50,007 bases of DNA, from assembly GCA_003693705.1 (NCBI GenBank), contig RBZT01000181.1:1-50007 (forward strand), read 5' to 3'. Source of the DNA: Polymyxa betae A26-41. Lineage: Eukaryota; Protista; Endomyxa: Phytomyxea. The notes beneath the pieces are model-generated. The model was not told the DNA's origin. It saw only the letters and a program-made list of their open reading frames with translations, and did no database searches. Below are positions 35,590 through 47,119 of this stretch, piece after piece (position 1 is the first letter of the stretch; the number at the start of each line of letters is the position of its first letter). A program made the position numbers and the translations under genes.

Positions 35590-36891
35590 CCTGAAGGTCG
35601 ACCTGCTGTTCGGCTCTGTACAGACAGAGACGGGAATGGGATGAAGCTCGGGAGGGGGAGGTCAGGGGCTCACGGGGAATCCAGTCGCTGGAACGACCAC
35701 TCCACGCATTGTGTCTGCGCAAGTTCGTGACACGAAAGGGAGACCAGAAACCCCATCAGCCAAGCCCAGAATCAGCGAACAACTTTTCACTTAAAAAGTC
35801 TACTCATCTTCAGTGTATGTTCGTATGATCGTTATGACAATTTTGAGGCTCTTGTAAAGGATTTGAATGCGTCTAGAGAAATTTTTTTGAAAAAGAACGC
35901 AGCCAGATGGATGAAGCTGAACATCTTCAATTCTCCGACATCAAGTTGCTTGAGTTTCAACGCTGCTTTTTCAGCTCGTTGTGTTTGGTCATCGACGTGA
36001 GCGCACCCCGTTAAATCTGCAATTTCGATGGATAATGTCAATGCGTGTCGTCTAATAGTCCAGATTTGATCCTTACCAGCTGTCCTTAACAGGATTATGA
36101 TACTGGGAAGCGATTACAGCCGCGATTAAATGAGAGTCTCGTGATGGCGTTACTATCACGTAGTGCGATGCACGAGCTCTCTTAGCAAAAGTTCACGTCA
36201 AAATGTTTATCAATTATCAGCACTGATTTTATCGCAAGTGTTTATTATAGGCGATTATGACATCACTTGCCTTAGCATGCCGGAGGCTGAATGATTCTTG
36301 TGAATTTTTTTGGGCTATCCGTTTAATGCATTGATCGTTTGCTATCGGTGAAATCATTCAATTATTTGTACGAACTCTGCTGGTATTTGTCAAGTAATAT
36401 CTCGTCCCTTTACAGGGTGTCTCATGTAATCGTCACTGAAATCCAGCAAAGACAAGATCAAATTTCTCTCCCACAACGTCAAAGCAGCTACTTCGAACAG
36501 CAGATTTCTAAGGCGACGCTTTCACTGCTGATTCTGTCTTGGCCACCTATTGACGTTGACGGTGACGATCTTGCTGCCGGTTGAATCATCTTGCAGAAGG
36601 TACTGCGTGGCGGAGTGTCTCTTCATACTCCGTTTGACGTCTCGAGCATTTTAGACCATACTGGACGGTATTCGAAATGCCCAGCATATAGTACAGCATG
36701 AAATTGCGCCACGTACAACTTCTAAATCCAGAGGCAGCTGTCATAAATATTACAGAATCGGATCCTGTTTAATGAACAAAAACTGCGATTGTTCAAAAAC
36801 TGCGCGCAGATTTGCGGTTTGCCATAATTCATGAACATTAAACACGCAAAAGTGTCGCACATTCTAAGACTGACTTTCAGTACGGGAAATT

Positions 36892-37362
36892 TTTCTATCC
36901 GCAGGTGGATAGATGGGCTGCGCATCCGCCAGCCTGTTGGCGGATGGTCGAAAGGCGTTTTCATGATTGGTCACAAAAAGGGGGGAAAATGACTGTTTAA
37001 TGCCAGCACCTAAAAATTCTATTGCGGCGAAATCAATATACGGCTGTGATTCGTTTCAACTAAGATAGTGTTTCAAGTAGATTATTGCGATAAAGTAATA
37101 GAGATCCCACCAATAAAATTGCGAGTTTCTCGATAATTGTCTCTATTATACAAGAAGCACGCACATTACCACGGTTTCAATATCTAAAATCATATTTGTT
37201 CTTGAAACATCCTCCAAGAAGACATGTTACAAGCGAGATATGAGTAATCCTCTTATCGACAATGAAAGTTAAGAATGCAGGGGTGGTTGGCGGAAGGCGC
37301 AGTTTTCAATCCGCCAACAGGCTGGCGGATGCGCAGCCTATCAATCCACTTGCGGATAGAAA
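36892..37362. repeat. 54-bp inverted repeat pair ~360 bp apart (MITE-like or transposon-end remnant)
   Basis: 36892-36945 versus the reverse complement of 37309-37362: 51/54 identical. Each arm has an internal hairpin atccgcca..tggcggat. Confidence 0.75.
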
Positions 37363-38147
37363 GCTGTAAGTGGTTGTCCCAGCCATCGTCTTGCTGAGAT
37401 TGTCTGAGTGCCTGGCTGCATTCAGTTCTGGGCCAGGTTTTGTTACAGACAATCTGGACGAGACTCGTGTTACAGTCTCTTCTCTCGACCTTTCATGTTA
37501 CAGACACCAGAGTACGATTGATCTATCAGAAATCCGTCACATCTCTTTACCATGCATTATAGGAACCGATTCTCTTTGATTCATGTCTAATCCAAGATTA
37601 TTCAGATCTTCCTTCTTTCAACAACGTCTTTGAACCTTCATTTGACCTGGATGTAGAATTTGATGTATGATATGATTATATAACTGGGATAACATGAAAT
37701 GATGAATGATTCAGATATTCGTTAAAACTGAAACTCGTAAAATGGTGGACACAAAACCTGATATCAACACCAACATCTGTATTACGCCATACAGATACTG
37801 TTCCGTCTTTGCCTCCTATTCAGGAAACTTTCAATGTAATGCTTTCATATCAAGTTTCATGTCTTGGAAATGTCTGAAATTTTCATAATCAGAATGGTGA
37901 ACCAGTTGACATTATCTCCCGGAAACGTTCTCGTGCTGTCGAGACATCATCGCCAGACGATTTTGTGTATTCGTTCAATCATGATGTCACTGATATCAAT
38001 GATTATAACAGTCTCTGCAAGTTTCTGGTAGATTTCGTGGCCCTTTTGTCCTGCTTTCTATTAACTGTAGCTTAGATCAAAGAGCCGAATGATGCGGAAC
38101 TTGATTTTCTGTCTTCAAAGTCCGATGATGATGCAGTTCAATGCTCC

Positions 38148-39504
38148 ATGATCACCTCTCAATTAGTTATCAATGTGAAAGGACCTGATCTGGATGTGAG
38201 CGAAATCGAACGGATTCGTTATGCTCCGAGCACATTACAGAAACTGATTCTGATCGCCAATCTGTATCGGAAATTGGTCATTTTTTCCTGGAAGTACGAT
38301 TGGTCTTGGAGGAAGGTTGATGGGAGAATGCGCAGCTCGATGTATGGTGTGTGTCGCCCTCCTGTGCTACGATGTGTCGTGGAATGCTGTCAGAAAGATC
38401 TCCGGAGATTTCAGACGCTCTGGGGGGATCGCTTCAATCATTGGGAACCCCATAGAGAATGTGTCGGATCATGTCGTCCTGTATTGAGATGTGTCATGCA
38501 ATGCTGTCAGAAAGATCTTCGGAGATTTCAGACACTCTGGGGGAATCCCTTCAATCATTATCATTTCCATAAGGGATGTTCCAAACATGAATGTCCATAC
38601 AAGATGGTAACTGCCCATCAGTCTATAATTTTGGTCCAAGATAACTCTTTAATCTCGATTGACCCTCCTGATGACGAAAATCCGTCCAGTAAAAGGATGA
38701 AATTTCGTTCGCCACCAACGGATTTCGTTCTGCCTGTGTTTCGCGCTCTTCCTGAATTTCTGAAATTGTTTGATTTTGGTGTTGAGAAGATCACAGACTA
38801 CACTACTCTGTGTGCTTTTCTGGTGAGATTTATTCATATTGAATGGAGAATAATCTCACACTAAATCTGTCATTCAGAAAAAGCAGCCTGATGATGACGA
38901 GTACACGTTTCTTACCGATACGAACATATTGATCCCATCAAAAGGCAAAAAACGCGCAAGAGACCCCCTTATTATAAAAGTTCTCGATGATCAGCTCATA
39001 TTGACCGAAACCTCGGAATTGTCAAATTCGGAGTCCACGTTACAGAAGTTGATATTGGTGGCCAGTTTATGTCTAAAAATAGGTCGGGCCAAGATGACCG
39101 ACCCGAAATTGAACATGTCACGGCAAGGCTGTGATAACTTGCTAAATCGGACATGTTACCCGGTACTTTCATGCGTGAAGAAATGCTGTCAGAATGATCT
39201 TCGGGCTTTTCAATCTCGATGGAAAAATCCGTTTCTTCATCGTTTTAACACTCTTTGTTCTAGTCACAAACGCAAGAGGAAACAGTGCGGATTTCAGACT
39301 CTCATAGTCAGTAACAATACGAATTTCTCCATCAAATCACAACTAGTTTTTGATAGAGAAGATCATGCCCATTGTCTATTGAGATATTCTATGAAAGGAA
39401 TTGAGACGGTATTACTGTGTTCAAGTTTATTGTATTTTCTGAATATATCACAGAAACTCATGTTGGAGTGTATTCAGCTAATGAATAATTACATGAAGAT
39501 GTAG
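38148..39504 (+). CDS. Orphan Cys-rich repeat protein (one spliced gene or two tandem paralogous ORFs)
   Basis: ORFs 38148..38864 and 38929..39504 share STLQKLIL.A.L and three copies of C.PVL.CV..CCQ.DLR.FQ..W...F.H. Confidence 0.6.
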
Positions 39505-41043
39505 AATCGGACATATTCACCTGATCTGGAGGAATATCTCCAAGATTCTCTTCATCCAATATTATACTGTCTTGAACATCATTGTAATAATGATGTCAAT
39601 TATTTCTCTCATATATTTGGACATCATATAAATCATTATCAATTTCAACGCAATTACTGTCCTTACATACTGGACAATGTCCTGCTCAATCTGTTGTTAA
39701 TGCTGACAACAGTATCTAATCAGTAAAGAATTGTCATTTCGGCTCAGCTCTTCAAGTGCCTGAATCTCCACTTTCCCTTAGCTCTTCAAAAAACAGAAAT
39801 TCATCCAACAAACCATTAGGAATGGATTTGATTTTCTGGTTCGTATCAGAACTTGGACCGGACAGCGAAGCATGGCTCGGGCAGGGTAGATCCGCCATTA
39901 AGGGTTAGGTCCATGTAAAGTTTATTAATCAATCAATTACGGCCGTTACAGCAGGCCGGGGCCGGGCATTGATTGCGCCGGTTGTAGTAGTTATCAATAA
40001 AATACAGGACGGGATCGTCCATCAGGCGGGAAATGAATGTTTAGCTCACGAATCGATTCGAAATCATGATCCAGTACGGCCGTGAAAACTGAAGCGGATG
40101 CGTCTGAAAATCATTTATTGAAAGCGAGAAGAACGATGAAATCAGGTTTCGGAACCTGACACTGAAAGCAATAGGTCATCATTATGCAAAATTCAGGCTG
40201 CTGCCTTCATAGCTCGAACTAAATCAGATCATCAGAGGATGACAAAAAATCAAACCCCTGTTGAATGATCATATATGAGGTAGATCATCAAATTTTTTAA
40301 ATTGCCATTTACTTGTTAAAGATGGAAATTCGAGAGCGAAAATGGTGAGGAATGTTTGGAGTTTTTTGTGTTAGATACAATTATATGTTTATTCATAAAC
40401 TACCGAATTAAAAGCTCTCGCTACTTGGCTTTGCTGTCAAAGCCATCCACTCCGCGATGACGCCGAGGCCAGCTCCGGCCATCTCTTTCGTGTAAGAGAT
40501 TACTTCGCTTTCATTCTAGTTCTTCTGACATCAGTTTCATCAGCGATGTTATTCGACCTGAACCCTAGCCTTTATACAGTATGGTGTGACGATGGCAGGC
40601 TGAACTTGGATGGAATTCTGGCCTAGTCCGAAGCCCATCGCTGATGTCGAAAACCGATCTCGGGGCGCAATCAAGATTCAGAAATAGTGAATATTAGGGT
40701 TTAGTCAGCAAAATAATTGCATCGAATTCGATCGATTTCTCTTTTGGCTGAGCTCTAATATTGGTGAGGTCGAAAACTAAACAAAAAATAAAAATCTGCT
40801 GTGTAAGCCATCATCAGTCCGAATGATAGTAACATCGACTTAGACCGTGCTATTAGGGTTTGTACCCTTGTACGCCGTCATGACGGGAGCCTCTGTAACA
40901 AATGTCCAGACCAATATACCATAAACCCTAGCTCGCAGTGTATCTGCCGACTTGCGAGTCGAATTGACCGAGCGATCAATCCGCGGGATTAATCACTCGC
41001 AGTCTGCAAACTGCGCGCATTCCGTGAACAAGAAGAAGGCATC

Positions 41044-44033
41044 ATGTCGGTCGGGTCGGTCGTACTGGCCCTCGTCGTCGTCCTGGTGGTGGTTCGAGCG
41101 TCGCTCGCATCAGCAGCTCTGACAGAAGAGGCCGCCGTCGCTAAGATCGCCTCTCTTCATCAGAAACAGTCCCATATTGGCCGCTTCGATGAGGATCTGC
41201 GCGATCTCATCAAATATTACTCTCCGAAATCATCCTTCTTATCATTATCGTACAATCACTCATCGCTGGCATTGATTCGTCAATATGACCGTCACCTGAT
41301 CGAAAATCTGCTCACATCCGAGAATCTGCACGAAGTCCAGTTCGGAGCCCTTCTACTATCAGTCTATCCTCCAACATCATCCGATCTTGTTATAAATCTA
41401 TTGCAGGCTGCGAAACGGCTCAATAATTTCATTCCGAACTATCACCTAATTATATCCCGCATGAAATCTTCACACCGAATTCAGCTGGCCATCACGATCT
41501 GCGATCTTTTTCTCTCCGATGACGACGTCGTCATGGAATCGAATTTCCGAAGAGGAACGTCGATTCGGACTTGCTGGGACAACTCAATTCAGGATCTGTC
41601 TCGCTCATCAATTCGTGACCTCTCTCTGCGCCTTTCCCGGAAACTGTCTCCCTTCTGGTGGACCGAACTATTCGAACCTCTGATTCGCGGCCTCTTGATC
41701 AACTATGAGATCGCTTCCGATCATGTCTCGGAATCTGCGAATTCTCGCATTCGTGATCGTTCGCGCAAGGAGTTTCGCGGCGCTTTACACAAAACCTGTG
41801 ATAAGAACGAATATTCGGACGAAGCCGCGATTCGATGCTGCATGATATCCGAAAAGACGACGGATTCCGTGCTAACGGATCTGATGGAAAACCGCGCTAA
41901 CAATGCTCACTTCGTGTAATGTTTCCGCCGCTGTCTTGTGAAAACCCTAAACCCTGTAGTCAAATAGGAGCGCTCTTCCGAACCGATATTCATGAGCTGA
42001 TGAAGGACCATAGGCTGACGGGTCCAACGGGTCGGCTCAAAGCCAACACGAAGACAACGAGTTTATTGCCGCGGTTACTCCGACATATTCCGAACGATTT
42101 CTGGCTGTTTAAGAGATTATCGCTTCATACATTGTAAGCTGCGGCGAAATCGTCCTGATAGGGTTTCTAAGATGGCTGCTGCCAGGGCTGCTCAGGATCC
42201 ACAGCTTTTCAGCGATTGTTGGTCGAAATGGGACAAACTCTTGCATCAGCCATGGTCGAAATTTCAAGGGATTTTTTCTCCATTTTTGCACAAAATCGAG
42301 ATTTCTTTATTTTATTTTCGATCGTTTTTTACGTCTTTGACAATTGTTGTGTCAGGTCTGTTAATGGGACGAAAGTCTCTTATCGTCATTATGCCGTGTG
42401 GATGAACATTGGCGAATCCCATCAATTTCTAATGAACAAGCCCTCAGTCCGATATTCCGAGTTTTTTACGGCTTTTGCGAGTGCCAAGGAGCAAATCGCT
42501 GCGGATTTTCTCGACATTGTACACGTTCTCAGCAGACAGTGGGTTTTTCCTCAAAATTTCATTCTTTTTTGTGAACGGAACCTCCAAAATTCTGAAACGA
42601 CATTTTTCTTTTAATTTTCATTCTTCTGTGAACGGAACTTTGCAGAAATCTGAAACTTTTTTTTTTAATTTTATTCTTTTTTGTGAACGGAACCTGCAGA
42701 AATCTGAAACGACCTTCAGGCTGGATCCGTCTCGTTATGGTTGGTCTCATTATTGTGAGCAACGCTCTCATGCAGAAGCCGCTTCCCATCTGCTGAAAAT
42801 CTCTCATGTCCCGGATCATTTCCATCGTAATCTTCTGGATGTAGTTTTGGGCGCGCTTTCTGCCATGAACGAGTCCGATCTCGCGGAAGTCTGTTCCGGT
42901 ATCCTGAAGCATCCGCTATTAGAGAATTCGCAGTTTACAATCGACCAGTTATCTGCTGCTGCAGCCAGAATCCATCACGCAGACGATCTCATCATAATTT
43001 CCTCTTTAGCGTCAAATCTTCCAGAATTTGCCGCCCCGTTTCACGGCATAATTTCCGCACGATTCAGCTGGGGTTTCTGTAACCGGATGTCGCATAGCTC
43101 GCGGCTCGCACTCGTGCCGCAATTCCCGCAACATACCCTCTGTCAGTTACGTTACCCTCACCACTGTTTCCGTTACCATTGACCGCCTGTTAGTCCTCGA
43201 CCCGGTTCGCCATTTTCTCCGTCCCGGACAACAACCCTCGATTCCCGAGCCGATCCGCCATAATCCGGATTTTTTCCAATCGCTGCTTTCCTATCCGGAG
43301 ATAGATCAAGATCTCATCTTCCCATGGATGACCGGTCTCCTGACAAGTCCGTACTGGACCAGCACGGCCGATGATTGCCGGATTGTACTCGAAGTGGTTG
43401 GCGTGTCACGGATCGATTCCGAGACGTGTCGGGAGCTGCTATCTGTAATGTTACAGGATGCGAATCGGACTCCGGATCGTCGTCGTGATCGTTGGTGGAA
43501 TCTGTGCGTCCCCTTCATACAATCGTGGTTCCGGGATCCATCCGCTCACGATTTCATGATGATTTCGACCAAGTTCCCGCAGTACAATCTCGGTATCCGT
43601 GATACATAGACCATGAGAAGTCTATTAATGATGCGATTTAGTTATTGATCCGAAGCGGATCTTTCGCCTGCCTGGATTCGATTCGTTCATTGAAGAACAC
43701 CTTCAATATCGCTGCTTTTTCGATTTGTTAATAACAGCGCTGCCTTCTTTGAAGCCCGAACAGCTCCTTCCAACCGCTATCTGCATGATGCAATCTCCCT
43801 TCTGGGATCATTCTAACGACGATCTATTCCAATCGATTTTCACAGCGGCATCATCGTCGTACGACCTCACGGGTTTATTAACAGCCGTCTTACAAAACCC
43901 GGACGCCGTTTCTTGCAAACGAAACCCTAACCCTCTGCGCCCTGTTCTCCTTCGCTTATTTGATCAATTATCCGGAGATCAACAGAATGCCGTCTGTGAC
44001 TCCTGCCCCGATTCTGCAAACTGTAAACCCTAA
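41044..44033 (+). CDS. Large secreted helical-repeat protein, multi-exon (exon 1 ~41044-41915; later exons ~42172-42254, 42356-42538, 42720-43141, 43194-43591, 43642-~44030)
   Basis: Strong signal peptide MSVGSVVLALVVVLVVVRASLASA. Downstream exons are mostly phase-compatible with GT-AG introns. The junctions around 41915-42170 and the 3' end are unresolved. Confidence 0.6.
42555..42712. repeat. Intronic tandem repeat, ~56-bp unit x3
   Basis: attctt..tgtgaacggaac....gaaatctgaaac repeated three times. Confidence 0.8.
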
Positions 44034-45379
44034 CCCTAACACATTCATTTCTCTCTTAATATCAAATAGATCTGCTGGCCAGAGCGAGACCGTTCAAGAT
44101 CACGCAAGATAATCTGGAATCGGTAACTTTTTTGTTTTTATTTTTCGAAAAAATTTCTCCTGCTTTTTATCTTCGAATGCTTTTTTTTCATTGAGAATTG
44201 TGCAGGTGCGGGATTTCGTCACTGTTAGATGTGCAATATGCCTTGATGGAATGCGCGATCAGAATGGCAATCCGGTCGAAGGCCTCGATAATGTATTGGA
44301 TCTTTACAAAGAAAAAGTCCGCTGAGTTCGTGTTTAGGAGAAACATGAAATCTGCTCGCTGCATGTCTGTCCGCATTTCCTGCATCTCGATTGTGTCAAA
44401 GGGTACATGGCCGCATGCCGTGGCGCTTTCCGCTGCCCTCTCTGTCGACTCGATGTCCAACTACTTTCCGAATGATTGTAATAAAAACATGCTCGCTTCT
44501 CCCTCACATTTGTATGATGAATGCTGCTTTCTAAAACCATCTCCAACAACCTGGATACTTTCTGTTTCATATTGACAGCGTTGTTTAGCCCGTTCCGAAA
44601 ACAGGGATATTTTTGGACGGCAAAACCCATTTTGTTTTTTTCGAGAGCGTAGTGAACTTTAACTCATAGAATCGAAAATCCATGGCCGGCGCTTTCAAAC
44701 GCTCTCACTGCGCTCCGATCTGTCGTCATTACCGCTGAATACGTGACAAATCATGGAGATGGCAACGGCTATCGCACGAACGGTAACCGAGCGAGTATCA
44801 CGTTCATATGCAGAAGAGAATTCCTTCCTGCTTAAGAGCAAAGAGAGTCTGAAGGACCAGAAGAAGGCGCGCAGGCATTCGCGCTGTCAGCAAGAACGAT
44901 CAATACGACAGACTTGTCCGCGACTCCCCTCACAAGACCCAGTTTAACATACGCCTATCGGGCGTTTGCGAAGTCAAGCGTCGCATCTGGGATACGAAAA
45001 CACGCTGGAACCAGGTCTACCTGTGTAACGAAACAGTATTGGAAGATTACCATCACGTTACGTTGAACGCCGCATCACGCCCCCTGTTAATGTTCTAGAA
45101 TGAATACTCATCACCATAAGCATAATATCTAGTTTCAGATAAGCCACACAAATTGACGAATTCGAAAACCATTTCGAAAATTTTACGACCCTGGTAGTAG
45201 AACAGTGTAGAATAGAAACCACATAGTTGTCATATACTGATATCTGATAAGCACAAACTTGAACAGGAAACATGCAGTATAACTCGAACAGAACAGTACA
45301 AATTACAGAAAATCCTTCAAATAACAATTGTGCAACGAAAATGTGGAAAAACAATCGTTCGGATGAAAGGGAAGCGAGA

Positions 45380-46157
45380 TTTTACAGACCTGCACTAACG
45401 GAAAATGGACTTCCAACTCAGAGGAACATTACTGGCTTTTTTTAGACGAATAAATGCGAGCGGAATCCCGAGCACACAGCAGAACACTTCCAATAATGTT
45501 TATGGAATCACATGGACAGCAATTACAGAAAACAGATAATGAAAACAGACGAGATACAAAATTTTTTTCCTCATTATTCTCCAATGGAATGCTTTTCTCA
45601 CTCAACGAAGAGAAAACAATACAGCTTGAATTGTTAACCAAAGCCCAAACCGTAGATATATTATATGTATATCTGAAACCGGATGGCATATGAATTCTGA
45701 ATGGTTTCCCAAATTATACATCGACAGACACTGGCAGACAAAGCGCCATCTACTGACTTAAATGACCTAAAAGACAGCAAAAATTATGCGAGGATACTGA
45801 CTCAATGTATCGCTATAGCAAATTCGGTGCTGTTAATCAATCCAATAAACATTCCACCTGATCACGACACTCCAACTAAAAGGAAATATTGGAAACCTCG
45901 TCTTTAAAGAACAATTGAGCACCTTTCACATCACATACAAATATAATATTAGGGGCGATCTGAACACCAGGGATATTCGTTTCGGTGTAAACCTTACAGA
46001 TAGTTATTACTATTTAGATCGAATTCTACTCAACGTTGACATCATCAGGGATAGAAACACTCGAACTCGAGAACGCAAAAACGTCGATGTAACTTTAGTC
46101 AAAAAGATCAAAGAGATTAGATCAATATCGAACAGAGTACTACACAAATTATCGTAA
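45380..46157 (+). pseudogene. Degenerate non-LTR retrotransposon (LINE) APE-endonuclease remnant
   Basis: Broken frames contain ALTEN, ILYVYLKPD, IRGDLNTRDIRFG and TRERKNVDVTLV, which resemble APE motifs (LxET, VYxPP, GDxN, IDxxL). The strand is A-rich. Confidence 0.4.
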
Positions 46158-46390
46158 TCCTACCAAAACAAAAATCGAACTTGGACATGCCGCATATGAC
46201 TCCGAAAAACGTAACGCAGGAAAACCGAAAAATTTTCCTTTGAGAAACGTTTCATTTTTGACCGAGTTTGTTTAGCAGCAGCCCAGGGGCCGCGTCTAAG
46301 TCAAAACAACAGAGCGCAGGCATAAACTGCGCCACTGGTAAGGTGACAACGCCGGCCATGCCGCCATGGGCTGCCTCCATTGACAAACAG

Positions 46391-46889
46391 GGTGATACCG
46401 CTGCAACGACGCCACAACCACCTTGCCATGGAAACGTTCGGCAAGACCGATTTGGGTGCTGTGTTGAAGAGCGGCACAAGCGGCAGCCGTACCCCTAGCC
46501 GGACCCCCAGCCGGACCCCTAGCCGGACTCCTAGCCGCACCCCTAGCCGCACACCCGGCCGTACTCCCATCACCCGTCCTCCAACTACCCGTCCTCGGGT
46601 TCCGCCGCCGCCGTCGTTCACATCCTGTGATGATCCCACCTGCACGACTGGACGCGACGTTTTGCCAGTTGCCCACCCGGCAAATTCCCCATAAGCGGTA
46701 ACAATATCGGTCATGCTGTCCCACAGGTACTGACTGCTTGTTATAGGCTCGAATCAGCTGAAGGCTACGGGCGCTTTTCCGGTCGCCGTACTGGTCCTGA
46801 TGCTGTTACACCTGCCAAAAATGAATCCGGTCGTGAAGACGTTGATCTCGGCGTGTCTTTTGACTTCATTCATGTCTTTGTCATTCTGA
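46391..46889 (+). pseudogene. Low-complexity (RTPS)n protein with a hydrophobic C-terminal exon; apparently frameshifted
   Basis: Exon 46391-46697 contains a 12-bp repeat x6 (RTPS). Last exon 46747-46889 encodes GSNQLKATGAFPVAVLVLMLLHLPKMNPVVKTLISACLLTSFMSLSF*. A 1-nt shift near 46660 is needed to join them. Confidence 0.5.
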
Positions 46890-47119
46890 ATACAATTCAT
46901 TCTCAGTTTTCATCTTATATCACTATGCTGTGAGCTAGTATACTATCAGGAGCGTTTAATATCTGATCGGCAACATGAATATCGTGATAGCTGCTGAATC
47001 AACATCCCATTGAATCCGAATCTCGCGAATACATTCGTTAATGATACAGTCGGATGGGCAATGGGACATGATAGAATCGACGTAGAATCAAGACTACGTA
47101 TTAGCTTAAAAGATGATTA

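Noticed and set aside
44188-44630. Minus-strand ORFs of 90-98 aa
   Set aside because: No motif and no supported gene model.
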